Shown here: positions 1 to 9,269 of the stretch, in pieces | Position numbering within the stretch: position 1 is the stretch's first letter | Layout of the letters: each line of letters opens with the position of its first letter | Made by a program: the position numbers and the translations under genes | Origin: Halorussus lipolyticus | GTDB taxonomy: Archaea; Halobacteriota; Halobacteria; Halobacteriales; Haladaptataceae | Reading direction: 5' to 3' | DNA: 24,000 nt | Assembly (NCBI RefSeq): GCF_029338375.1 | Contig: NZ_CP119804.1 | Location: 1,670,955 to 1,694,954 of the forward strand | The notes under the pieces: generated by a model | Databases searched by the model: none | Seen by the model: the letters and a program-made list of their open reading frames with translations, nothing else | Told to the model about the DNA's origin: nothing

Positions 1-778
1 ACAGCACGAGGTCGCACTCGTCGGCGGCCTCCCGGAGGATGCGCTCCATCTCGTCGTAGTCGTCGCCAGCGTGGGGGTAGAGTTCTGGCTCGCCGCCCGC
101 TTCGGCGACTGCGGCGGCGATGGTGTAGCTGTTCACGTCGTAGATTTGCCCCGCCGCGCTGTCTACCTCGTCGCCGGGCCGGACCAACTCGTCGCCGGTC
201 GAGACGATGCCGACCGTGGGTTTGCCCCGGACCGGGACCTCCTCGACGCCGAGCGCCGACAGGAGACCGATTTCGCGGGCGGTAAGCCGCGTTCCGGGAC
301 CCAAGGCTCGCTCGCCCGCCGCCACGTCGGCCCCGGCGAGCATCACGTGGTCGCCCGGCGCGACCGCAGTTCGGATTTCGACCGCCTCGCCCTCCTCGGT
401 CTCGTCGGTTCGCTCGACCATCACCACGGCGTCCGCGCCCTCGGGCATCACCGCGCCGGTCGAGATTTCGGCCGCTTGGTCCTCGGCGATTTCTACGTCG
501 GGTTTCGTTCCTGCGTGGACAGTTCCGACGAGTTCGAGGGTAGCCGGGTCGGATTCGTCCGCGCCGAAGGTGTCGCGCGCCCGGACCGCGTAGCCGTCCA
601 TGCTCGCCCGGTCGAACCCCGGCACGTCGAGGCCAGCGTCGATTCGCTCGGCGAGGGTTCGGCCTCGGGCGTCTTCGAGAGGGACCTGTTCGGGGTCGGG
701 GGTCAGGTCGAGGCTGGCGATTGCTTCGCGGGCGTCTTCGGGGTCTGAGAGGTCTCTGAACTCTTTTCGGTCAGTCAT
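1..778 (-). CDS. moeA: Molybdopterin molybdenumtransferase MoeA, N-terminal ~259 aa (3' end runs off the window start)
   Basis: Absent from the ORF track because it is open at the window edge. My reverse-complement translation from the ATG (complement of 776-778) reads MTDRKEFRDLSDPEDAREAIASLDLTPDPEQVPLEDARGRTLAERIDAGLDVPGFDRASMDGYAVRARDTFGADESDP...GKPTVGIVSTGDELVRPGDEVDSAAGQIYDVNSY. It carries MoeA hallmarks (SMDGYAV, STGDEL) and is clearly paralogous to the 1155-2381 product. Confidence 0.85.
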   Translation of the reverse strand, partial: MTDRKEFRDLSDPEDAREAIASLDLTPDPEQVPLEDARGRTLAERIDAGLDVPGFDRASMDGYAVRARDTFGADESDPATLELVGTVHAGTKPDVEIAEDQAAEISTGAVMPEGADAVVMVERTDETEEGEAVEIRTAVAPGDHVMLAGADVAAGERALGPGTRLTAREIGLLSALGVEEVPVRGKPTVGIVSTGDELVRPGDEVDSAAGQIYDVNSYTIAAAVAEAGGEPELYPHAGDDYDEMERILREAADECDLVL

Positions 779-882
779 TGGGTATCAGCTCCGTGCAACT
801 GTTGGTGGTTGGTCGCTGTCTTCGGGGTTCTATGCGGGAGAAACAGGTCAGAGGCGACAGCAGAAGATTCGGAGATGAACGC

Positions 883-920
883 CTCTGAAGCCCGCGACCG
901 GGCGGCCCCTTCATCCACCC
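883..920 (+). repeat. Copy A (core only) of a MITE-like intergenic repeat family (TGAAGCCC ... GCGACCGGGCGGCCCCTTCATCC(C)ACCC)
   Basis: Positions 894-920 (gcgaccgggcggccccttcatccaccc) match 22976-23003 except for one extra C in the latter. The ccccttcatcc(c)accc core also occurs at 18327-18343. The true extent of copy A beyond the core is unclear. Confidence 0.45.
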
Positions 921-1154
921 GGACCGCACCGCAACCGCGGGCCACGGGCCTCCCCAACCGACTGCGCTTCTCGGCCTCCGCTACGCTCCGGCCTGCGATG
1001 CTCATCCCTCGCGCGGAAGGGGCGCGGCGCACGAGAGCGCCGCGCCAGCGCGCGCCGACCGCAGACAATTGTTTTTGTTTCCTTAGACAATATGTGGATT
1101 TTCTAGACATTTGAAAGTGCGTGTCTGAACGTCGGGCGTGATTTTCGTCCCGCT

Positions 1155-2381
1155 TCACGCCGACCACTCCCAGTCCTGCACGGAGACGGTCTCTCCCTCC
1201 GGAATTCCCTCGCGTCCCTCGGGCACTTCGACCCATCCGTCGGCGAGCGCCACGCTGGAGAGGACGCCCGACCCACTCGCTCTGGTCGGCGTTGCGGTCG
1301 TCGCGCCCTCGTCGTTTTCTCCCAATTGCACCCGAGCGAAGGTCCGGATACCGGGTTCGCTCCGAATCTTGCGGTCGAGGAGGGCCTCGGTCGTCGGAAA
1401 GTCGCTCTCGGGAAGCCCACCGACTCGCTTCAGCGCGGGCCGGAGGAACTGGACCGCGTTGATGATGCAGGCGACGGGGTAGCCGGGGAGCATCACGACC
1501 GGGGTCTCCTCCACGACGCCCACCGCGACGGGATGGCCGGGCTTGAGGGCGACGCCGTGGAACAGGATTTCCCCGAGGTCGGCCACGACTTCGGGGAGCA
1601 GGTCGCGCTCGCCGACCGAGGAGCCGCCGGTCGTGACCACCACGTCTTTCGTCAGGTCGCGCTGGATGGCTGTCCGGAGGGCCTCGGGGTCGTCGGTCAC
1701 CACGTCGCGGTAGGTCGCGTCGCCGCCCCACCGCTCGACGTAGCGCGAAATCGTCAGCCCGTTGGTCTCGACCACCTCGCCGGGACCGGGATTCGACTGA
1801 ACCAACTCCTCGCCGGTCGGAATCACCCCGACCGCGGGGCGCTCGCGGACCGCCACCGTTTCGACGCCGACCGACTTGAGCAGACCCAAATCCGAGGGCC
1901 GGAGACGGTGGCCGGGGTCGTAGAGGTGCTGGCCCTCCGCTACGTCCTCGCCGACCGGCGCGACGTTCTCGCCCTCCGCCACGGCGTCGAAAATCTCTAC
2001 CTCGTCGCCGAACTCGTCTACCTGCTCTATCATCACCACCGCGTTCGCCCGGTCGGGGAGTTCGCTCCCGGTGTGGACCCGGACCGCCGAGTCGGGAGTC
2101 AGTTGCTCGCTCTGTCGAAGCACCTCGGGCGACCGGTCGCTCGCGCCGAAGGTGTCCTCGGCCCGGACCGCGTAGCCGTCCATCGCGGCCCGCGGGTAGT
2201 GGGGGACGTTTCGCTCTGCGACGACCTCCTCGGCGAGGAGTCTGCCGTCTGCCGACGAGAGCGGGACCTCCTCGGTCCGGTCGTGAGAGACCACCGCGTC
2301 GAGGAGGCGCTCGCGGGCCTCGCCGACGCGGGTCTTGTCCTTGAACCCGGACTGCTTTCGGTCCGGTTGGTCTTCGCTCAT
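1155..2381 (-). CDS. moeA: Molybdopterin molybdenumtransferase MoeA (second paralog)
   Basis: The ORF track gives 1155-2441 (428 aa). I prefer the internal ATG at 2381 (MSEDQPDRK...), because the 20 residues upstream look non-native. Motifs AAMDGYAV, IPTGEELV and TTGGSSVGERD are typical of MoeA. Confidence 0.85.
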   Translation of the reverse strand: MSEDQPDRKQSGFKDKTRVGEARERLLDAVVSHDRTEEVPLSSADGRLLAEEVVAERNVPHYPRAAMDGYAVRAEDTFGASDRSPEVLRQSEQLTPDSAVRVHTGSELPDRANAVVMIEQVDEFGDEVEIFDAVAEGENVAPVGEDVAEGQHLYDPGHRLRPSDLGLLKSVGVETVAVRERPAVGVIPTGEELVQSNPGPGEVVETNGLTISRYVERWGGDATYRDVVTDDPEALRTAIQRDLTKDVVVTTGGSSVGERDLLPEVVADLGEILFHGVALKPGHPVAVGVVEETPVVMLPGYPVACIINAVQFLRPALKRVGGLPESDFPTTEALLDRKIRSEPGIRTFARVQLGENDEGATTATPTRASGSGVLSSVALADGWVEVPEGREGIPEGETVSVQDWEWSA

Positions 2382-2475
2382 GGGTCGAAATCGGCCGTCC
2401 GCGGGCAAAAACGTGTGGGAAAGCCCCGCAGACGGGACCACACCCTTTTTCGCCCCGCCGTCCTAAGACGCAGGT

Positions 2476-2832
2476 ATGTCAGCGCTTCGTGAGGCCATGC
2501 GGGAGTTGCCGGACGCGGTGTTCGCCGACTTGCTGGAGAGCGACGACGCCTACCTGCTGGTCATCGACCTGCCGGGTGCCAACGAGAAGACGGTGGACGT
2601 CGGCGTCTCCGACGGGAAACTCGAAATCGAGGCGCGCCGAGAGAAAGACGTGCCGATGGACTTCTCGTACCTCCAAGAGGAGCGCTCGCTGTTCCTCGAC
2701 GCCGACCTGCCCCTGCCGCCGGACGCCACCGGGGCCGACGCCGAGGCGACCATCGACCGGGGCGTGCTGGAGCTTCGCCTCCCCAAGCGCGAGGCCACCC
2801 CGGAACAGGAAATCCACGTCGAGAGCCGGTGA
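2476..2832 (+). CDS. hsp20: Hsp20/alpha-crystallin family small heat-shock protein
   Basis: 118 aa with an alpha-crystallin-domain pattern (AYLLVIDLPGANEKTVDVGVSDGKLEIEARRE ... ATIDRGVLELRLPK). It is divergent from moeA across a 94-nt promoter region. Confidence 0.85.
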   Translation: MSALREAMRELPDAVFADLLESDDAYLLVIDLPGANEKTVDVGVSDGKLEIEARREKDVPMDFSYLQEERSLFLDADLPLPPDATGADAEATIDRGVLELRLPKREATPEQEIHVESR

Positions 2833-2841
2833 CCCTGCGGG

Positions 2842-4515
2842 GTGGTCACACTGGCTAACCTCCGTGCGTACCGGCGGTTCTTCGTCGTCGCGTACCACTT
2901 CCTGCCGCTCCTGCTGAGTTACGCCCGCGACCGACGCCGGTTCCTGCTGTTCGGCAGTTCCCGGCGTGTCGATAGCCAGACACGCGTCGAACGCGCCAAC
3001 ACCCTGCTGGAGTCGCTTCTGACGCTCGGGCCGACGTTCATCAAACTCGGGCAACTCCTCTCGACTCGCCCCGACATCCTGCCGCCCGAGTACGTCGATG
3101 TCCTCTCGAAACTGCAGGACGAGGTGCCGCCAGCGCCGTGGGCCGAGGCCCGGTCGGTCCTCGAAGACGAGGTGGGTCCAATCGAGGAGCGATTCGACGA
3201 GTTCGACACCGACGCCATCTCCGGGGCGAGTCTCGGACAGGTCTACACCGCCGAAATCGACGGGAAGGAGGTCGCGGTGAAGATTCGGCGACCCAACATC
3301 GAGGAGTTAGTCAACGCCGACCTGCGCGTCATTCGGTGGTCGTTGCCCATCCTCTTGCGGTTCCTCGGGCAGGCCAGAGCCTTCTCGCTGGAGAATCTGG
3401 CCGACGAGTTCGCTCGCACGATTCGCCAAGAGATGGACTACGACCGGGAGGCCGCCATGCTTGAGGAGATTCGCTCGAACTTCGAGGGCAACGACGACGT
3501 GGCGATTCCGGCGGTCATCGACTCCCATTCCGGGCCGCGCGTCCTGACGATGGAGTACATCACCGGCACCAAAATCAACGACGTGGAGGAACTCGACGCG
3601 ATGGGCGTGGACCGCCACGAACTCGCGGTCAACCTCCAGCGGGCCTACCTCCAGATGTTGCTCGAAGACGGGGTGTTCCACGCCGACCCCCATCCCGGCA
3701 ACCTCGCGGTGTGCGACGACGGTACCATCGTCTTCTACGACTTCGGGATGTCGGGCCGGGTGGACGAGTTCATCCAGAACAAAATCATCGACTTCTACAT
3801 CGCCGTCGCCAACCAAGACATCGACGGAATTCTGGACGCGCTGGTCGAGATGGGCACCCTCAGCCCCGAGGCCGACCGGGCGACGATGGGGAAGGTGATG
3901 GAACTCGCCATCGAGGACGCCCGCGGCGAGGACATCGAGACCTACCGGGTCCAGCAAATCGTGGAACAGGTCGAGGACACCATCTACGATTTCCCCCTCC
4001 GCCTGCCCCCGAACCTCGCGCTGGTCCTGCGGGTCGCCACGGTGGTCGAGGGCGTCTGCGTCACCCTCGACCCGGATTTCGACTTCATCTCGGTCGCCAC
4101 CGACTACCTGACCGAGCAGGGGTATCGAGAGGAGTCCATCAAGCAGTTCGCCAGCGAGACCGGCGACCAGATTCAGCGGTCGATTCAGTCGTCGGTCCGC
4201 GTCCCGCCGAAACTCGAAAGCACGCTCGACCGAATCGAGCGCGACGACTTCTACGTCCGGGCCGACGTGGAGGACGGCAACGACGTGTTCGAGAACTTGG
4301 CCAAGCGACTCGTCTACGGCATGTTGCTGGCCTCGGGCGCGTTCTCGACCGCCTTCCTCTACGCGCTGGCCGACGTGCAGTCGGCGGCGGTGGCGGGAGC
4401 TTTCTCGGTCGGGGTCGCGGGCCTCCTCTACCGGACCTTCCGGAGCAAGAAGGGTACGCGAGTCACCCCGCAATTCACTCGCCACGAGATGCGCCAGCGT
4501 CGGGGCGGGGAGTAA
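2842..4515 (+). CDS. ABC1/UbiB (AarF) family atypical protein kinase with C-terminal TM segment
   Basis: 557 aa. It has the N-terminal KLGQLLSTRPDILPPEYVDVLSKLQDEVPP motif, AISGASLGQVY, AVKIRRP and HADPHPGNL, all canonical ABC1 signatures. The start is GTG at 2842 and there is no in-frame ATG nearby. Confidence 0.85.
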   Translation: MVTLANLRAYRRFFVVAYHFLPLLLSYARDRRRFLLFGSSRRVDSQTRVERANTLLESLLTLGPTFIKLGQLLSTRPDILPPEYVDVLSKLQDEVPPAPWAEARSVLEDEVGPIEERFDEFDTDAISGASLGQVYTAEIDGKEVAVKIRRPNIEELVNADLRVIRWSLPILLRFLGQARAFSLENLADEFARTIRQEMDYDREAAMLEEIRSNFEGNDDVAIPAVIDSHSGPRVLTMEYITGTKINDVEELDAMGVDRHELAVNLQRAYLQMLLEDGVFHADPHPGNLAVCDDGTIVFYDFGMSGRVDEFIQNKIIDFYIAVANQDIDGILDALVEMGTLSPEADRATMGKVMELAIEDARGEDIETYRVQQIVEQVEDTIYDFPLRLPPNLALVLRVATVVEGVCVTLDPDFDFISVATDYLTEQGYREESIKQFASETGDQIQRSIQSSVRVPPKLESTLDRIERDDFYVRADVEDGNDVFENLAKRLVYGMLLASGAFSTAFLYALADVQSAAVAGAFSVGVAGLLYRTFRSKKGTRVTPQFTRHEMRQRRGGE

Positions 4516-4629
4516 CCTTGACCGGGCACGCGCTCCGAGTCCCGTCCCGAGGGAACGCTGTTTTAGGATAGCCAAAAACGAGTTAGTGTTTTGGAAACTC
4601 TTTTTGACCAGTAGTGAGTAGATGGGGGT

Positions 4630-5568
4630 ATGAGCTTCGCCCAGAACCTCGTGCTGGTGTTCGTCGCGGGCCTCGTGACCGCGCTAGCGACGGGTCTCGG
4701 CGCGCTCCCGTTCTTCGTGGTCGAGGACTTCAGCGACCGGTGGAACGTCGCGCTCTGGGGCCTCGCGTCGGGCATCATGGTGTCCGCCTCGCTGTTCGGA
4801 CTGGTCAACGAGGGACTGGCGTACTCGTCGGGTGGCCTCCCGGTGTTGATGATTGGGGGCCTGCTGGCGGGCGTCGTGTTGGTGGAAGTCGCCGACTGGG
4901 CGCTCGACGCCATCGACATCGAGGGCGGCGAAAGCAACGAGAAGCATTCCGAAGACAATCAAATCAATCATGAAAACGAAGGCGTTCGTTCCGAAGACGA
5001 GGAGGTCCACGCCGACGGCGGCGGCGGTCACGACCACGGCGAACACGCGATGGAGGCCGAGGCGTTCGCGGAGGGCGACCTGCGGAAACTCGTCCTCATC
5101 CTCGGCATCCTGACGGTCCACAGTTTCCCCGAGGGCGTCGCGGTCGGGGTCTCGTTCGCCGAGTTGGGCTTCGAGGGCGGCATCCCGATTCTCGGGTTCA
5201 CGGTGCCCCTGCTGGCGGTGTTCATGACCGTCGCCATCTCAATCCACAACGTCCCCGAGGGATTGGCCATCTCCATCCCGATGCGAGCGATGGACGTGAG
5301 CAAGTGGCGGATGGTCGGCGCGGCAGTCTTTTCGAGTCTGCCCCAACCCATCGGCGCGGTCATCGCCTTCGCGTTCGTCCGGTGGGCCGAGGCCTTCCTC
5401 CCCTTCGGGTTCGGGTTCGCCGCGGGCGCGATGATTTATTTAGTCGCCACCGAGTTCATCCCCGAGGCGCTGGAGACCGGCGCGGAACTGCCGGGCGAGG
5501 GCCACCGGGAACTGCTGGCGGGCCTCGCGGTGGGCGTCGGCGCGATGATTCCGCTGATGTACGTCTGA
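4630..5568 (+). CDS. ZIP-family divalent metal (zinc) transporter with acidic/His-rich cytoplasmic loop
   Basis: 312 aa and multi-TM. The central loop is HADGGGGHDHGEH. The HSFPEGVAVG and HNVPEGLA motifs are typical of ZIP/ZupT permeases. Confidence 0.85.
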   Translation: MSFAQNLVLVFVAGLVTALATGLGALPFFVVEDFSDRWNVALWGLASGIMVSASLFGLVNEGLAYSSGGLPVLMIGGLLAGVVLVEVADWALDAIDIEGGESNEKHSEDNQINHENEGVRSEDEEVHADGGGGHDHGEHAMEAEAFAEGDLRKLVLILGILTVHSFPEGVAVGVSFAELGFEGGIPILGFTVPLLAVFMTVAISIHNVPEGLAISIPMRAMDVSKWRMVGAAVFSSLPQPIGAVIAFAFVRWAEAFLPFGFGFAAGAMIYLVATEFIPEALETGAELPGEGHRELLAGLAVGVGAMIPLMYV

Positions 5569-5622
5569 GGTGCGTTTTTCCGGCTTCCCTCGGCTTTACC
5601 TCGCTGGCGTCGTAGGGCCTGC

Positions 5623-6693
5623 ATGGACATCGCACCCTTCGAACTCGAACGCTGGTTCGCCGAGTACGAACACGAGGCCGACATCATGCTGGCCGAGAGC
5701 GGGATTCGGAGCCTCCGGGCCGACCGGTTCGACCTGAACCCCGGCAAGTTGGGCTACGTCATCCCGACCAACGGCGACCCCGAACTCAGGGCCGAGGTCG
5801 GAAGTCGGTACGACCGCGGAGCAGACGAACTGCTGTTCACCTGCGGGACCCAAGAAGCGAACCTCCTCGCGTTCCTCTCGCTGATGGACGAAGATAGTCA
5901 TGCCGTCGTTGTCACCCCAACGTATCAGGCGCTCCACGCTGTCCCCGAGTCCATCGGCGACGTGAGCAGGGTCTCGCTCGAACCCCCGGAGTGGGAACTC
6001 GACGTGGACGCCGTGGCCGACGCGATTCGGCCCGAAACCGAGGTGGTCGTCCTCAACAACCCGAACAACCCGACCGGGCGCTACCACCCCGAGGAGACGG
6101 TCCAAGCACTCTACGACCTCGCCGAGGACGAAGACGCCTACCTGCTCTGCGACGAAGTGTACAGGCTCCTCGCCGACGACCCCCTGCCGACCGTGGCGAG
6201 CATGGGCGACCACGGCATCAGCACGACCAGTCTGACCAAAGCCTACGGCCTCGCCGGCCTGCGGTTCGGCTGGATTGCCGGCCCCGAGGAGGTAATCGAG
6301 GAGGCGTGGAAATGGAAGGACTACACCACCATCTCGCCGTCCATCTTCGGTCAGCACATCGCCCGGCAGGCCCTCGGCGAGCGCGAGGACGCCATTCTGG
6401 CGGAGAACCGCGAGTTGGCCGCCCACAACCGCGAGCGAGTCCGGGAGTTCGTCGCCGAGTACGACCTCTCGTGGTACGACCCGGTGGGCGTCAACGGCTT
6501 CCTGTCGGTCCCGGAGGGATTCTCGGGGAGCGTGGACTTCTGCCGAGAAGTCGTGGAGGAGGAGGGCGTGGTCCTCGCACCGGGCGAGTTGTTCGGCTAC
6601 GACGACTACTTCCGCATCGGGTTCGGCCTGCCGACCGACGAGTTGGAGGAGGGCCTCTCGCGGGTGGCCGACTGCATCGAGCGCCGCGCCTGA
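5623..6693 (+). CDS. PLP-dependent aminotransferase, class I/II
   Basis: 356 aa with the fold-type I aminotransferase pattern: LNNPNNPTG, the SLTKAYGLAGLRFGW PLP-lysine motif, and FRIGFG near the C-terminus. Confidence 0.85.
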   Translation: MDIAPFELERWFAEYEHEADIMLAESGIRSLRADRFDLNPGKLGYVIPTNGDPELRAEVGSRYDRGADELLFTCGTQEANLLAFLSLMDEDSHAVVVTPTYQALHAVPESIGDVSRVSLEPPEWELDVDAVADAIRPETEVVVLNNPNNPTGRYHPEETVQALYDLAEDEDAYLLCDEVYRLLADDPLPTVASMGDHGISTTSLTKAYGLAGLRFGWIAGPEEVIEEAWKWKDYTTISPSIFGQHIARQALGEREDAILAENRELAAHNRERVREFVAEYDLSWYDPVGVNGFLSVPEGFSGSVDFCREVVEEEGVVLAPGELFGYDDYFRIGFGLPTDELEEGLSRVADCIERRA

Positions 6694-6952
6694 GAGCCGA
6701 TTCCGACGCCGAATCCCGTGGGACTCGGGGACGATACTCGCGGTGGAAGTTACCACGACTCTCTGATTTGGGGATACTTGCTCAGATTCAGTTTTAAAAT
6801 TTCTAGAGCCTTCTCAGCGTATTGTAAAACGTTAGTTCGACGGGGTGAAAAGACGGGAAACTAACTCGCCGGGGCTAAAACGCGCGAATTTCAGCTAACG
6901 CTCGCCCCTTTATATGATGGTGGGGGTTGTACGGAGAGATAGGTGACCCCCG

Positions 6953-7222
6953 ATGTCGAATGCCCCCTCCACGCTCGATACGCCCCTCCCCGACGAACGG
7001 CCCGACGAACTCGCCGACGCGCTGGACGCTGTGCGGTCCGCCCTCGACACCGCGTCCAAACCCTTCGAGTTCGCCGGGTTCTGGTCGGCAGTCGTCCTGC
7101 CGGCGCTCTACGTGCCCGTGCTGGTCGGCGGCGGCGTCCCCGAGCAACGCGCCGCCTTCGGCCTCTTGCTGGCAGTCCACGCCGTCGCGCTGGTCGCCGG
7201 ACACGGCTACCGCAACGACTGA
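6953..7222 (+). CDS. Small hypothetical membrane protein (89 aa, acidic N-terminus plus two hydrophobic segments)
   Basis: ORF track entry. AGGTGA (6941-6946) lies 6 nt upstream of the ATG, and TTTATAT (6909-6915) lies about 40 nt upstream. The composition is haloarchaeal-like. No family was recognised. Confidence 0.5.
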   Translation: MSNAPSTLDTPLPDERPDELADALDAVRSALDTASKPFEFAGFWSAVVLPALYVPVLVGGGVPEQRAAFGLLLAVHAVALVAGHGYRND

Positions 7223-7371
7223 TTCCCGCTGACGTTCCCGGTGTCCTCCCGACGCACTCTCCGCTTTGCTCACGCCCTTCTTTGCCGCGTTCCCCTCTCT
7301 GCCACCCTCCCTTCTCTCCCCCGCTTCTCGCCCATCTGTCGTCCAAACCGACGGAAACCCATTCCAAACCG

Positions 7372-7377
7372 TTTATA
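7372..7377 (+). promoter_or_regulatory. TATA-box-like TTTATA upstream of the aIF5A gene (leaderless geometry)
   Basis: TTTATA is centred about 28 nt upstream of the ATG at 7402. This is the spacing expected for a leaderless archaeal mRNA. Confidence 0.4.
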
Positions 7378-7401
7378 CTACCCCGGACGCTATCCCGGCG
7401 T

Positions 7402-7782
7402 ATGGCAAAAGAGCAGAAGGAAGTACGGGACCTGCAGGAAGGCAACTACGTGATGATCGACGACGCCGCATGTGAAATCAACTCCTACAGCACGGCAAAA
7501 CCGGGCAAGCACGGTAGCGCGAAGGCCCGCATCGAGGCCGAAGGCGTCTTCGACGGCAAGAAGCGCAGTCTCTCTCAGCCTGTGGACGCCAAGATTTGGG
7601 TCCCCATCATCAACCGCAAACAGGGTCAGGTCGTCTCCGTCGAGAGCGACGACGTGGCGCAGGTCATGGACCTCGAAACCTACGAGACCATCACCATCAA
7701 GACGCCCGGTGATGTCTCGCTGTCGCCCGACGACGAACTCGAATACCTCGAAATGGACGACCAGCGGAAGATTCTCGAATAG
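7402..7782 (+). CDS. eif5a: Translation initiation factor 5A (aIF5A; elongation factor P homolog, hypusine/deoxyhypusine-modified)
   Basis: This is the C-terminal 126 aa of track ORF 6943-7782, starting at [48 protein letters not shown]. The [13 protein letters not shown] loop carries the modified Lys and is diagnostic. The upstream part of the long ORF is Arg/Pro-rich junk. Confidence 0.93.
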   Translation: MAKEQKEVRDLQEGNYVMIDDAACEINSYSTAKPGKHGSAKARIEAEGVFDGKKRSLSQPVDAKIWVPIINRKQGQVVSVESDDVAQVMDLETYETITIKTPGDVSLSPDDELEYLEMDDQRKILE

Positions 7783-8598
7783 ATGTTCCCCGGCGCGTCC
7801 GCCGACCGCGACGAGGCCGATTACGTGGTCGTCGGCGCGCCCCTCGACGTTTCGACGACGTTTCAACCCGGCGCGCGATTCGGCCCGGAGCGCATCCGGC
7901 GATTCGCGCGCACCTACGACGACTACGACGCCCGGTCGGGCCGACACTTCTCCGACCTCGGGGTCCACGACCACGGCGACGTTCGGGCGTGGGACGACGC
8001 TAGCGAGTATCTGGAGTATCTGGAAGGGGTGGCGACCGACGTTCGGTGGGACGACGCCTTGCCCCTCCTGCTCGGGGGCGAACACACCGTCACGGTCGCG
8101 GGCGTCCGGGCGGTCGAACCCGACGCCTTCGTCTGTCTCGATGCCCATTTAGACCTCCGCGAGGAGTACGACGGCAACGAACTCAGCCACGCGACCGTGA
8201 CCCGCCACGTCCTCGACGTGGCCGACGAGGCGATTGTCCTCGGCGCGCGCACCGGGAGCGAGGACGAGTGGGACCGGGCCAGCGAGGACGACGTGACCGT
8301 CGTCCCGCCCGAGGAGGTCGGCGACTGGTCGCCCGACTTCGGTGCTGAAGATTCAGTCTACCTCAGCGTGGACATCGACGGCGCGGACCCCGGTTTCGCG
8401 CCCGGCACCGGCACGATGGAGCCGTTCGGCATGACGCCCCGCGAGATGCGCGACGTGGTGCGGGAGGTCGCCGACGCCGCCGACGTTTCGGGCTTCGACG
8501 TGGTGGAGGTCAACGACCGCGACGACGGCCAGTCCGCGGCCCTCGGCGGGAAACTCCTCCGGGAGTTCGTCTTCGCGGATGCCGATTTGTCGGAGTAA
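7783..8598 (+). CDS. speB: Agmatinase (arginase/ureohydrolase family)
   Basis: 271 aa. The ATG immediately follows the aIF5A TAG stop (gaaTAGATGttc). Ureohydrolase motifs are present: GGEHTV, LDAHLDLR, SVDIDGADPGFAPGTGT. Confidence 0.88.
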   Translation: MFPGASADRDEADYVVVGAPLDVSTTFQPGARFGPERIRRFARTYDDYDARSGRHFSDLGVHDHGDVRAWDDASEYLEYLEGVATDVRWDDALPLLLGGEHTVTVAGVRAVEPDAFVCLDAHLDLREEYDGNELSHATVTRHVLDVADEAIVLGARTGSEDEWDRASEDDVTVVPPEEVGDWSPDFGAEDSVYLSVDIDGADPGFAPGTGTMEPFGMTPREMRDVVREVADAADVSGFDVVEVNDRDDGQSAALGGKLLREFVFADADLSE

Positions 8599-8629
8599 GA
8601 AGTCGAAGTGTGAATTACTACTCGGTTCG

Positions 8630-9229
8630 TTACTGCTGTTTCCGACTCGAAGTTTTCACATGTATCTCGTAGCTTTCTTTATGCTCTTTGCCAGATAGCC
8701 CGATAGTTGAAATAACCACCTTTGGCGTTGCTTCCACTACTTTTTCGAAGGGTATACTTGGTTCTTTAATTACTTCTCCCTCTGGATTTAGAGTCGTGCT
8801 ATAATCTACGTATACTTCTTTCTCTTTAGAAGTATGGTTAATCCCGACCGAAATTGCTGATAGTTCCTCATCAATGCGTTCGTGCAGCAATTTGTTTATT
8901 TTACTAGTTGCTAATTCTGCACATTGTGCCTTTGCCCACTGCGAAAACGGGATTACATCATACGTCGGTACCATCCTCGTCTTGTTTTGAGTGTTCGAGG
9001 TAGGCTTTTTATAACCGCTTTTATATCTCACCGAATTATTTCCCTCGATGTACTCCACGTCCTTCTTTTGGATTTCCTTTCGGACGGAGACTTTTGGGGC
9101 TTGGCCTTGTTTGCTCATATCCGGAATTGCGGTCTCTCTTGTCTCGGAACTATTGCTCTGTTCGCTCAAGCAACCAGTTACGAGCGTAAGAACACTTACT
9201 GAAACAAATCCACGGCGCGTCTTCTTCAT
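8630..9229 (-). CDS. Tat-type lipoprotein, hypothetical; C-terminal ~110 aa homologous to the pre-protease region of the adjacent S1 protease
   Basis: 199 aa. The N-terminus MKKTRRGFVSVSVLTLVTGC has a twin-arginine motif followed by a lipobox Cys. Residues 151-172 (GEVIKEPSIPFEKVVEATPKVV) align with GKVISEPSITFEEVENNTPSYV of the neighbouring protein. Confidence 0.7.
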   Translation of the reverse strand: MKKTRRGFVSVSVLTLVTGCLSEQSNSSETRETAIPDMSKQGQAPKVSVRKEIQKKDVEYIEGNNSVRYKSGYKKPTSNTQNKTRMVPTYDVIPFSQWAKAQCAELATSKINKLLHERIDEELSAISVGINHTSKEKEVYVDYSTTLNPEGEVIKEPSIPFEKVVEATPKVVISTIGLSGKEHKESYEIHVKTSSRKQQ

Positions 9230-9269
9230 ATTTTTAGTACTCCGTAAAAGAGAATAAGACTTCTCCCAC

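Noticed and set aside
775-1731. Long alternative-frame and antisense ORFs in the track. Examples are 775-1731, 1326-2492, 3307-4575, 5596-6756, 7390-8148, 10613-11371, 13757-15322, 15504-16424, 17335-17994, 18038-18778, 20140-21804 and 23133-23819.
   Set aside because: These are Arg/Pro/Gly/Ser-rich, non-acidic translations that lie antisense to, or out of frame with, genes carrying clear family motifs. They are the usual stop-codon-poor artefact of GC-rich DNA.
2382-2441. The upstream ATG at 2441 as the start of the second moeA.
   Set aside because: The extra 20 residues (MVPSAGLSHTFLPADGRFRP) are not acidic and would place the start inside the divergent hsp20 promoter region. The ATG at 2381 gives a typical acidic N-terminus. 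The call remains uncertain without TSS data.
6830-6880. An inverted repeat (gttagt ... actaac) downstream of the aminotransferase, as a possible small RNA or riboswitch.
   Set aside because: The stem is short (6 bp) with a long unstructured interior, and I recognise no conserved motif. It is probably an incidental or terminator-proximal structure.
6943-7401. The N-terminal 153 codons of track ORF 6943-7782, as an extended aIF5A.
   Set aside because: This part of the translation is Arg/Pro-rich and overlaps the better-supported 6953-7222 ORF. aIF5A proteins are about 125 aa, and a TATA box sits about 28 nt upstream of the ATG at 7402.
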